From Epiperipatus broadwayi (lineage: Eukaryota; Animalia; Onychophora): a stretch of DNA of 64,000 bases. The position numbers were made by a program, and so were the translations under genes. Positions within the stretch are counted from its first letter, which is position 1. Each line of letters starts with the position of its first letter. The stretch spans positions 12,524,001 through 12,588,000 of the forward strand of contig JAQFVV010000008.1 of NCBI GenBank assembly GCA_028023455.1. Direction: 5' to 3'. The notes below the pieces were generated by a model. The model worked only from the letters and a program-made list of their open reading frames with translations, was not told the origin of the DNA and made no database searches. Shown here one piece after another: positions 52,001 to 64,000 of the stretch.

Positions 52001-55000
52001 TTAGTTTTATTACTAACATCTACACTGGACAGCATCAATATAATTATTATTAACATATCACAGTCATGTTAACAGTAAACCTACATTTCAAGCTGATGCA
52101 TAAGAAAACAATCATAAATTATTTCCATATATTACTTTGAAAATTTTGTAACTAGAATAATATTTATACAATTACCAGGACTAGACAATCACTTAAATTA
52201 TTAATGTAAATAAATATTTATTTTCTTTTAACATAAGATGAAAAGAGTATTTAACACATAGAATCCAGAACTCCAAATATAATTCTGGCAAAATTTTAAC
52301 AACTGTTAAAATGTTGCAACTAGAGGATGCAATGAATACCTAAAATGGTAGTTTTAGTATGAGCTCTGATACTTTTTCCCACACATGGTGAAGGCATTGA
52401 AACTATTAACATACTAAGCAATAAAGTAATACATGATTAAAATAAATATAATATTAAAATAATATGAACAACAAATATATCAAAAGTTAATATTTAAAGT
52501 ATATAATATTAACAATAAATAAGTGAATAGGGAAATTTATGACCTTGTGCCTAACCCTTACAAATTTTTATAATTCAGGGCTGAGGAAGAAAAACAAATT
52601 GTTTTACATACAATAGAATATCTAATCCTGTTTAACTTATGACAGAATATTTGATCATGATTTTCAAAAAATATAATAAGAATTTTGCCCTAATTCAATA
52701 CAAATTTTTAAAAAATATTAAATATTTAGGATTTTTAAGAGTGAAAACAAAATAATTATTATAATAGAAAAAGATTTAATGATTGTATTGAATTTACTAT
52801 ATATTTAATTAATTGGTTACATATGAATGTTCTATAATAATTAAAAATGTTATAAAATTGCTTTATTTATAAAAAATATTGCAGCAAACTACTCACAATG
52901 TAGATGAGAGATTAAGTTCTAATTGCAAAATATACAAAAGTTAATTGTTACATTCATGGCAATAAGCCAACATCTAGTATAAAGGTAATGTTTGTTCGCA
53001 TTCTTCTAATTAGTCTTATGAATTAATTTGAGAAATTATTTAACTTGAACTTTAATAGTGATGTCAAAATGTTGTAAGGGGAAATTCAAATTTCTAAAGG
53101 ATTATATTATGAAAGTTGTATAAGGCTGTATTCTTCTAATATAAGTTGCATGAAAAACAATTTTCCTAATATAAATTGCATGACTGTTCAGTCTATTAAA
53201 GCATTCAAAAAAAAAAAGCATTAGAATTGTGAACATATATTTTAAAAATGTTAAGCATAAATAAAAAATAAGATTTTACAGTAATAAATTCTTCAAAAAA
53301 ACAATTAACTTGATAAACTAAATCAAACATTTATATTATAGTATCAATTTTATAAATAATTATAAATTATTTACCAATAGCTTCGAAAATGGTTTGAATC
53401 TTTACAGAAGTATATAATGAAAGTGAAAACTGCTTTCAAGATTTGACCAAAGGCAGGCGTTTGTCATAATGAAATTTCCTGTTATCAAAGTTTTAGTGAA
53501 ATATGAAAGCATTGGTTTTCTAATTGGAATGCTAATTGTTTACACTAGTGGTTTTCAATCAGGGTGCTGCAATGACACTATAGAAATACCACAAAATATT
53601 CTGATGAATGGCAAGATAAAGCTTTTAGTGAAAAATTTAAATTTAAAATGTAAAGAAGTTGACACTGATACATTCTGAATTTACATAAAAACAAAAATAT
53701 CCTCATATTGCAAAGAAAGTGGTAGTCCTATTGTTACAATATTGTGCCACTTATCTATGCAAATTAGATCTTTTTTTCATTTAAAATAATTAAAAATAAC
53801 AAAATACAGAGACTAAAATCAGTTAGGAGAGAAATAACAATATGCCTTTCTAGTATTTCATCTAAGTTTTAAGAATTCTGAAAAATATATAGGTTCAAAC
53901 AGAAATATTTATAATTTTATTTTAATTCTTATATATCAACAAAAGTATAAATGCTTAAAATATCGCTGTAATTAGTTTAGTGAAATAATTATTTAAAACA
54001 AAGAATTGTAATATCAGAAATAAAAATTCTGCAAAAAAAAAAAAAAAAGAAAAATCAAATTGGGGCTACCAATATTATAAAAAATTTAGCAAATACTTAT
54101 ATGATATCCTAGTCATGTCAATATTGATTTCTATTTCAAAATGAGTCTAATTTCATGAGATATGAGATTGTAGAAGAAATAACAAAATCTATAAAATTAA
54201 AGTACTGCTGCTGGTCTAAAACCAGGCCGAATTCTAATAATTTGTGTGTTCCTATATAAAACCCAGTTTGAATTGGAGCAAAAGTAGAGATGAGTGATTA
54301 GAATGGTGAAATCCATTTGTTGATATATGCAGAAAGAAAACAGGATTTACTTTAATGAACTGAAAAAGCCATTTGGATAAATTAAAAAAGAGACACAGTG
54401 ACAACAATAAGGTTTACTAATCTGAAAAAGTTAAATGGTCTTATGAAAAGATAACTAAATAAAAAGGTAAATGTATTTAATATATACTTAAATGATTTAT
54501 TAAATGTTATTTTGATAAAAATTAAATTAGTAGGGGAGCAGGTAAGGGTAAAAGACTTTATTACATAAAATTTGTTAATGTAGTAATACTTGCAAATAAT
54601 AATAATAATAAAACTAAAATGTTATGTACAAGTGATATTAAGTTTGGAAAAAGCATGACATATACATAAAAAAAAAAACGTAAATAAAACTAAAGCAATG
54701 AAAACAAGACATTTATTTTGTGTAGGCGATGTTTTTATAAACTGTAATATTAATAAGCTTATTAATATTAAAGCAATGAAAGTAAATAAATAAAAAAAAA
54801 AGCAATGAGCTGGAAATTAGTACTTTTAAATATGTGAAATTAATTAATGACTGAAGTAGCAATAAAAAAATTTGAGAATTGCATAATCTAAATAAACCTT
54901 TAATGATAAGTTATTCAGTAGATCTTTAACATCTGGTCTAAAAAAAGAGTTTGTTTAATGGTTTGTTTGGAGAATAGTTTTATGTGGATAATTAGAAGAA

Positions 55001-55614
55001 AAAAGCAATTATAGATTTTGGAGGAGAATGAAACAAATTCATTGGAAAAATTATGATGGTAATGTACAAATACTGAAAAATTATTTTTTTGAAGAAATTA
55101 TTAAAAGAAACTGAAATAGGCACGAACTTAGTTGTAGAAATTATGAAAACTGTATTTGAAAATAAAAGATGAGATGGAAAAAAAAGTTGATTGACGATTT
55201 TAAAAAGAAAAGTAGCTACAAGTTTTTAAGAAGTAGAACAAGACAAAATGAAAAGCTTGGCAAAGCAAGTAAGATTTAGCGAAATTCATTTTTAGGCAGA
55301 TAATTAATGATGTCTCCAAGTCTAGATTTCACTAAGATTATCAGTTTATCTCGATTTAAATATTCATCCCAAGAAACTAAGCATATAATAGGAAACACAA
55401 TTTTTAAAAACCTATATACAGCTTTAAAAAACCACGATATATACGAATTAAACCAACAGTAACTACCTATGTAAAGATTGTTTTACTTTTTATCATTTAC
55501 TTAAAATGAAATTTAATAAATACAATAACAATCTCGGTTTATAATAATTTTTTTATTTTTGAAATCGAAATTTTTTATGTTTATTTAAAAAAATTAAAAT
55601 AAAAGTAGTCTTAC

Positions 55615-56926
55615 CTTTTTTAAATTCTTCAAGCATAACATCTAAAGTTGTATCTTCAAAAACAAAATTTATGGGATGATTATAAAATTTGCATAAAGTT
55701 TTTAAAGGTGTATTATCATCTGGATCGACAAAAGCCAGATCTTTGATATTTAGAAGTGCTACTATATTAGTTCTTTCATTTTCATATACTGGAATACGAG
55801 AATATCCCTGTTTCATAATTTCAGACATAGACTCAAAATCAAGAATAGCACTATAAGGAATCATGTAAACATCGTCCATTTTCGTCATAACATCAGAAAC
55901 AGTTTTTTTACTGAGCTCCAACGCTCCAGAGATAATATTAACTTCCTCTTTGACAATATCATTGTATTCATGGCTTACTTTCACTAATTCAATTAATTTT
56001 TCTCTATTATAAACTTGACCAATTTCTTCTCCTAATACACAGTCTAAAATTTTGCTAATCGGATAAGAAAGTGGAAATGTAAGCAACATAAAAAATTTTG
56101 TGATATATACAGTACGAGCTCCTATAGCCAGACCGTGCCGAGAACACACGGCTTGAGGAACAATCTCACCAAAAATTACAATTCCAAGAGTAGAACCTAT
56201 GATTGCATATACACCAGATGTTAAATCATCCATCAAAATAGTCAATGTACTATTTACTAAAACATTTCCCAATAACAAAGAGCATAATAAATAATTACCT
56301 AGTTTTCGCACAGGACTAATTATCCGAGCATATTTTTTTTCGTCAATTGTGCCGCAATTTTCAATGAGTTGCAATTCAGTTTTATCAAGGGCCATTAGTC
56401 CTAAATTTAAACCACTAAATAAACCTGACAAACATAAAAGAAAAACTATTACACAACACTGTAACCAAAGAGGTAAAAGGCTACCTTTTTCCTCCTTTTG
56501 AATAGTCCGAATGACAGTTCCGGAGTCATTTCCAGTATAAAAATAATCCCCACCTTTTCTGACACACATATAAAAATATGCAACATCAATAGGTAAATGT
56601 ATATTTACTAAGGCAGTATGAGATTTTAATCCACTGGTTTTTACTGTAAATGGTGCAGTTGAGATATCTGTGCCACAACTTGTACCTCGTTCTCCACTAA
56701 CTCGAGTGAATGAAATCGCAGTATTAGACGAAAAATTTTTTCCAAATAATCGTAAAGTTGTTTCCTGATTTGCTACAATAGTTAATGCACTTGTTTGTAA
56801 ATCCCATGAATCTGATACTCGCACTCCAGAAACTACTTCAGAATTTACAAGTTGTGAAAGAAACAAAAGCGGAAAAACTGCAGCAATAACTTTGTTACAT
56901 ATCCAAACTGGGCATTGTATCGCCAT
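55615..56926 (-). CDS. CNNM: First coding exon of a CNNM (cyclin M / ACDP / unextended) family Mg2+ transporter
   Basis: N-terminal hydrophobic segment, extracellular region, DUF21/CNNM domain ([16 protein letters not shown]...[15 protein letters not shown]) and CBS pair (VSDVMT...GYSRIPVYE...[11 protein letters not shown]). Homology ends at a canonical G|GTAAG donor (GT at 55614-55613, phase 1); the ORF tail KTTF...FQK is intronic read-through. Paralog-level identity cannot be assigned. Confidence 0.95.
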
Positions 56927-58160
56927 ATTTGATTGACAACGTTAATGTTTTCCTATAAACGAGATTACAATTTTATAATATGTTATAAAAACCTACAGGA
57001 TTCTATTAATGTGAATTACTTAATCTGCGAAATAGAACGTATTTTTTGATTTCATTCATGAGAATTTTCAAAATATTTTGAATACATAAATAAATCATGT
57101 GAATATTTGTATACTCTAAAAAGTCACATGATGAAATATAAAATGGAGGCTAATATTGTAGTTTTATTTTGTTTACTAATAAATGTTTTATATGCTTCTA
57201 AAATTCCCGTTGTTGTTAGACCAGACTGTGGAACCTGTGGTAAACATAACTGTTGAATGAAAATATTATTATAGGATTTAAATATATGCTTAAATATTAC
57301 ATACACACTAAAGTGTATTGTGTATAATTTATTTTCATTAACGTTAAATAATTATATTCCGCATTGAACTTCTTTTTTATCGTAAAAATCACTTTGTTAA
57401 AATTAGCGTTCGAAGGGCATGTTGTATATATATAAATAAATGATTCAGTGCATCTATCTATTTAAAAATTAGTTCAATAATTTTAAAACTAATTACAACT
57501 TGAATATTTTAAATCCAATTATTATTGTTTAATGGAGTGTTTAATTGTGGCGTTATCTGTTATTGCGAATGAAAATCTAAAAATTATAATTATTCTTTTA
57601 CTTTATTGCTAAATGATAAAACTTATTAATTTTTAGGAAAATTGCCAGAATAAATTAAGTGAAACAGGAGATAAATAGCGAAAAATTTAACAAATGCCTA
57701 TTTCTATTGGCATAGAAAAGGGAGTGTTAAGTATAAGATTTAAAAACTTTTTTCATTGATGAAATCATAATATGGATTAATATTTTTTGTGAATGACGTT
57801 TTTTTTAATTAAAAAAAAGTCCATTCCCAGTTGTTTTTTGTGAATGTTTTTTTTTTTTATATATATATTCCCATTCAACTGTAAAACACTTTATCCAAGT
57901 CTTCTGGTTCATATTCTATTTTTATATTCGCATAATTATATTCTTTAAGATAATGTATTATTGTCCTTGTTTTATTATTAATAATACCTCCGATATTGTT
58001 ATTCATTTCCTAAAATGTTCAATTTCTCTTTCTAAATTTTGTTTATAAATGTTCTTTTTTTATTCAATTTTTATTATTTCCGTATTTGAAATCCAAACTG
58101 AAGTAAAAGCTATGGATACAATCCTTTCAGTTTTCGATTTTTATAAGATTCGTTCGCTAA
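56927..58160 (-). promoter_or_regulatory. Probable CNNM 5' UTR/promoter region
   Basis: CpG dinucleotides are visibly retained here. Candidate acceptors lie at 56993/56994 and 57025/57026 and a candidate donor GTATGT at ~57304. No TSS can be identified from sequence. Confidence 0.4.
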
Positions 58161-58208
58161 AAAATTAAGAATGGAACTTAAATATTCCTGGTTTATATAC
58201 AGCTTTAA

Positions 58209-58317
58209 TTAATTATTTTGGAATTAGAATTGTGCAAATAGAGGATTATTATATATGTTAAAAATGAGATTCATTCTCTATTCAGTATTTGCACAATTGT
58301 AATTCCAAAATGATTAA
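58209..58317. repeat. 32 bp inverted repeat hairpin
   Basis: 58209-58240 versus 58286-58317 match at 30/32, with a 45 nt loop. Confidence 0.8.
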
Positions 58318-61300
58318 TGTTGTATTTAAATAAGGGTAATATATACTTTCAGCTTTTAATTTCCAGAAATGTCAGTAAATAAAAGTTTTTACAGATTGAA
58401 AACTGAAAGGTTAGTGAATTCATTATTCTTTATCATTTGGTGATGTATGAGTGTAGTTTATTCATAGTTTATGGGGATGTATATTTTAAAGTTTACATTT
58501 GTATTCTAACTTTATTCATTTTCTATTTTTCTGTAAAATTGCGCTATATTTTGGATTTTTTTATTATTTTAGTAATCCAAAGTTTTACTATAGATAAAAT
58601 ATTTTATAAGTTTGTTTTTAAATTCTAAATTTAATAACTACAAAATAATTTTATTAAAAGTCCATGCAATAGAAGTTATATTTTTTTTTGTCTCATTGAT
58701 TTATAATTTAAACAATTTTATGAATATTCAAAAATATTCTATTATGCATGTTTTTAGTAAACATATTTTTTTTTATTCATAATATTTATTCCCATAGCTT
58801 TATTTTTAGTCTCGTTTATTTTCATTCTAAATTTGTTATAAATTTTTTGTTGTTTTTAAATGCAAGTATGTTTGATATGGATAATAACTAAAAACATATT
58901 ATTATTTAAAAATTATATTCAGTATATTTTAGTTATGGGAGTTTGTATATCTTAGAAGGAACAGCTTTGATAGGTAGAAGTAACTTTTGTATTATCATTA
59001 AAAATATTAGAAGATAAAAAAATTGCTAGAAACATAAACTGTATTGAATTAGTTGATTGGTCAATCAAAATTACTCATCACTTAACAGTCCATTTGGAAT
59101 TTAACTCTTACTGAGATGCTGATGTTGAAGCTAATGTAATGAAAGACAAGATATAAATAATATTTACATACATTTTATATCTATTTTCAACTTTTAGTGC
59201 AATTTTTATTGTACTTATTTAAAATAAATTGCAGCTACATATTATAGGTAAAATATAAAACAAATAGTCTTAAATAGGCCACTAAAGATCTCTCCACTTT
59301 AAAATAGCTGTGAAAAAGAATTTGTATACATGTAACAATGCATTTATAATTGTAATCAAATACTAAATTGTCTTATCTTTTTGTTGCTCCATATTTTATT
59401 AGTATAGTGTTTTCAGTGACTTATGTTAGTAGTGGGCTTGTTTTATGAGTTTTTCATGTCATTTGTGATCTCATTCCCCATATCAATAGTGATAGATTTA
59501 TTGTACATTTATGAATTTTCATTTCCATCTTTTAATTATATATATAGCTATTCTGACTCATCATTTTCTATTGTTTTTGTAAGTTATTGTTCTTTATCTC
59601 TATTTTTTTGGAGTTAAAATGAATATACTCATTTATAAATAGCTGCCAACAATGATGATAAGTTCTTCCATATAAATAATATTTTAGGATCTATAAACTG
59701 CTATCAAATTTTATTTCTTTACTGTGCCTTAAAGGAAATTTTAGATAGCATTATTAAGTTACTATATATTCATATACTGTATTATATTACTGTTTATGTT
59801 TACCTGATAAAAGGAAGGGAGCAGGACTTTTTTAAAAAGTATGATCCAAGTATAAAAGCTGACTGATTGAAAATTCAAGGCTACAGATGAGACATATCAT
59901 ATTGTATGAATGTATGCTTCAGCTTTGGGACAAATATTCATATATACAATTTATGATTATGGAATTCATTTTTATTATTATTAAAGAGTTTGCACCAAAA
60001 AATTTGTAAAAAAAATACTACATTTATTATTGATAGTAGAATTTATCACATTCATTTATTGTTATAAAAATTAACAGATTTGGAATTTGTCAATTGAAAA
60101 ATGTAAATTTGAAACTGCAGAACTGTTTCATTATATGCTAATTAGTATCAGGCAACCAATTAATTACTTAAAATGGCTACAAAAATATAGCCATTTATGA
60201 TTAAATTTATTTATATCCTGTCAAAAATGGCTTAGGTTAAAATGTATAATTTTGGCTTATGTCAGAACTATATTGCTAGAGAAACAAATTGGTTTGGATT
60301 CAAAATCTTAAGGTATTGGAATTTCCATGATATTGGCTTGAATAATAGGTCTGACTAATTTCAGTTATAGTTTAGCCAAATGATTTTTATAATTTAAAAA
60401 AAAAAAAAAGTTTTTTTTTTTTAATTTTTTATTAATCATGTTTTAAAAGATTTCATTCTTTTAACCTTATTCCTGGAACACCATTAACTTGTTTCAATTT
60501 AAACATTTCAATAGTTCATTGGAACTTGTTCATTATTAGTCCAGTACTGGTAGCTTTTTTTTATTCACTTTATTTTATAGTCAAAAAATACTATTCAGAA
60601 CCAAATATGTTCAATCAAAGTAATTGCTTTAAAATATTTTTTTTTTTTTTTTAGAAATATTTAAGTTTGGGGTGATAATGACAACTAAACTATGTTGTGG
60701 TTTGATATTTAAGTTTTTGTTTTAGTCCTTTATTGGTTTGTGTTCTATACTCATATATATATATATAGATTATTAATATGTCAATATATAGTAATTTTCA
60801 AAGCTAGCAATTGAGGGTCTTCCCTCCCCTCTTTGCAGGGGAATTCATACCCCACATTATGGTTTCCAATTAAGTGAGCTGAATTAATACAATGAGATAA
60901 GTGGAAGAAAAAAAAAATTATGCCATTCTTTTATTGAAATAAAAAAATAACATCAGAAAATGGTGGAGACTAAATACAAGAAATGTATGAGTTGGAAAGT
61001 TAAGTACACAGAATAAAAATTATTTTTAAAATGCAAAGAAGCCAATAATGAAGACATGACATTAATCTTGGTCTTCAGCATTATTTGGTCTTTTTTCTTC
61101 TCCATAGAAACTGTTTTCCAAGATAATTTTACGCTTCATAAAATTCATTTTGTATGCTAAAAATTCTAAAGCTTAAATAATTTTATTTTTATATTATTTT
61201 ATATTGGATTAACTATTTAGTTTTCAACAGAAAGACATTAGCATCTGGAAAAGTTGCTTTAAAAATATTTAGAAGGACTTTTTTATATACCGTCTTGCTC

Positions 61301-63689
61301 AAAGTTGAACCTATGCATATGTGGTCAATGTTCTAATTGCTCTTAGGAAAATGGTTAACATATAAATGACATTCATTATTTCAAGCAATCATCTATTGAG
61401 TGTATATATTATTAAAATAAAAAACAAAACAGTATTAGCTATTTTATTAGGGGTATCCATTCACTTGATATATGCAGATACATTAAATTGTAATACAAAA
61501 TTGAATGTACTTTATATTAACTTATTATTGCTCATTGATTGTTCTGTTATCAAAAAGAAAATCAGTGCAAAAAAAGATTATCTGTCTATTGAAAAATAAA
61601 TTTTAATAATTTTTACATCAAAATTAATCACTGTTAAAAAGTCATACAAATTATTAGAAAATCCCATCCAGAAATTTAAGAGATTGCAGAAAATTTTAAT
61701 TGTAAGAAAAAAGTACAGAATAAAGAAAATAGAGTTTGAAAATTCAAACTATAGATAAACAAAAATCATGGACACACACAAAGAAGGTTAAGACTTGCTG
61801 AAAAATATAAATTGGCTTATGTATTTTGAATAAATTGAAATAATTTTTAATTTACTTTCTTCATTGAATATGACTAAATTCAAGAAAATATTAAAATAAT
61901 ATATAAACAAATATGTATATATATTTTTACAAATCATTATCTTTTATGTATCTGGTATTTTTGTTTGTTCATAGTTTGGAAGGGGGAGGGGCTTACATTC
62001 ATAACCGTTAATTTTTTCCACTGCCATAAGTGCAGTTTTACTCCAAAGAAATTTACTAACTTCATATGCAAAATTTGCAATATATTTCTATATCCTTAGA
62101 TGTGGATTTCATGATATTTATAAAGTGAACTTTATCCTTTATTTATATGTTTTAAACTTCTACTTTCTTTATTTCACTCTTTTCACACAATTAAGTTTAT
62201 CTGCATTCCCTTGAATTGGTGGGTGTTATTTTCTGATAATCTGTGCAATTTAAAATTGCACAGTGATTTAGCCTGTTGTGAAAATTTCACTTTTTAATTG
62301 CTTTTTTCAATAAACACAATTTTTTTTTTTTTGCACTGATGTTGCTTTTGATATAAATAAAGAAATCAGTATAGTGTACAAATATTCAACCTTGAAATTA
62401 GAAGTCAAAGTGAAGTGTATAATCAATTTTGTGCATACTGCCAATATTAGGTGAATGGATACACCAAATAAAATGATAATCTATATATAAAAAATAATAT
62501 ATGGAATCAATACAAGAATTTTTGAAGCAATGAATGTATTTTATAAATAAACTTTTTTTCTTTGAGCAATTATAACATCTTGCAAAGTTTCATTAGATGT
62601 GTATGTTCAATTTTGAGAGCCACTATTTATATATATATGATGAGAATTTCATTAGGCCCTATTTAATATTATTTCACTTTTCACTCTTTTTATAACATTT
62701 TTCATAAGTCAATACATTTTTAACAAAAAAAAATTAGTCTATTTTGTTATTATCCTTTAAAATGTTTAGATGATATAAGTATATAAGTCTACTCTATGGC
62801 CATTTTTTTATCTTCCAGATATTCTCACTTAGTTGCAAAAAATTAACAAACAGTAGAATATCAAGCAAGAGAAAGAAATAATTGCATTTTCATTGGAATT
62901 GTTTGCTGTGAAAACTACATCTGAATAGAAAAATTCATTAGCTTTATAAATAGCTTGATATATTTATGCTACAAATTCTATATTTTGTAATATAGAAGAT
63001 CCACAATTTGTTCAACTAATACAACTAACTGCATCCTGATTAAAATCTCCCAAATAGAAAAAAAAAGTGGATGTGCTTTATTGAACATTTTACAAAGAAG
63101 AAATAGCAAGTGCTCTTCAGTAAAGTAAATTGTGTAAGGATTGATTATCAATTAAATGTTCATAATGAATCATTTGTGTGCATAATGGTAACAACGTAAC
63201 AAGGGATAAGTATTTGGTTATAGTTGACACATTGAGAAATAAGACTATCTGGTGAAAGTAACATCTAATAGTATCAAGAAATCTGCAGAAGATTTGAAGT
63301 ATTTTATGAATTCATTTGTGACAAATAATGTTTTACTGTTTTACAGATGTTTGAAAACTATACAGACATTAATGTGAAAATCTATCACTATTCTGCACAT
63401 CTTTTGAAACAATGATTGTAATTCCAAATCTGTGACAAAATTTACAAATTCTTTTTTTTCAGACAATCAGTGCTGTAAAACTTATCATGTCAAGTGAATC
63501 TATTAGAATACTTTAATCAATTGTTTGGATGCTTATATTAAAGGCCAGTTTACTCTTTTGAAAATCTATGAAAATAATTGTAACAAAAGTGATTGTAATG
63601 TACTAACAAATGTTTCAATAAGATATCCTATGACTTCAGTTTATATCATACTGTCCTGCAGCAATTTTTTTTATTTTCACCACATTTAT

Positions 63690-64000
63690 ATCACCTAGTG
63701 GAAGCTTTATTAATCAACAGATGTTAGATGTCAGTGTTTATTAAATCCCTATACACTGTTATCCTATCCAATATTCACAAACTAATTTCTAACTTGTGGT
63801 TTTCATCAGTGAGGAGCTTTTGAATCTGGGAGCTTGCATCTTTCAAGTTAAATACGCCTTTCCTCTGCATCCATCCTTTACTTTTTTGTTTTACTATTAA
63901 GCTACTAGCTCAAATTGAAAAACAGTAATGTTTTCAATTCAGGCCAATTTGCTTTTATAATTATATTGATCTGAAATCAGTTCGATATCTATATATTTTG
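63690..64000 (-). mobile_element. Old diverged F2 arm running off the window end
   Basis: atccctat, atccaatatt, tcatcagtgaggagc and gatctgaa.tcagttc are collinear with 25690-25970. CUGAUGA is retained on the minus strand at ~63805-63811. Confidence 0.7.

Noticed and set aside
55553-55614. C-terminal [19 protein letters not shown] of the 457 aa ORF
   Set aside because: It lies beyond a canonical GTAAG donor where CNNM homology stops, so it is intronic read-through.

Overview
Very AT-rich (roughly one quarter GC by eye), CpG-depleted invertebrate animal DNA. The only host gene I can support is the large first coding exon of a CNNM/unextended-family Mg2+ transporter (minus strand, 55615-56926). 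I found no downstream exon, so bases 1-55614 appear to be one >55 kb intron filled with decayed non-LTR retrotransposons (three RTE, two I-group, one CR1/L2-like), a young tRNA-derived SINE and several inverted-repeat elements. The main signal is a recurring architecture in at least four unrelated sequence families: an 8-18 bp direct repeat (TSD), a head-to-head palindrome in which only one arm carries an extra 30-70 bp terminal tail, then the TSD again. The arms contain minimal type I hammerhead ribozyme motifs with self-complementary stem III, and two families also retain the C-terminus of a Penelope GIY-YIG endonuclease. These are therefore Penelope-like retroelement (PLE) fold-back derivatives, not DNA-transposon MITEs. 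One Penelope 3' end carries a tRNA-like Pol III promoter directly upstream of its hammerhead, and the same tRNA+hammerhead module occurs alone at 37.2 kb. All alignments, translations and folds were done by eye, so LINE boundaries are approximate.
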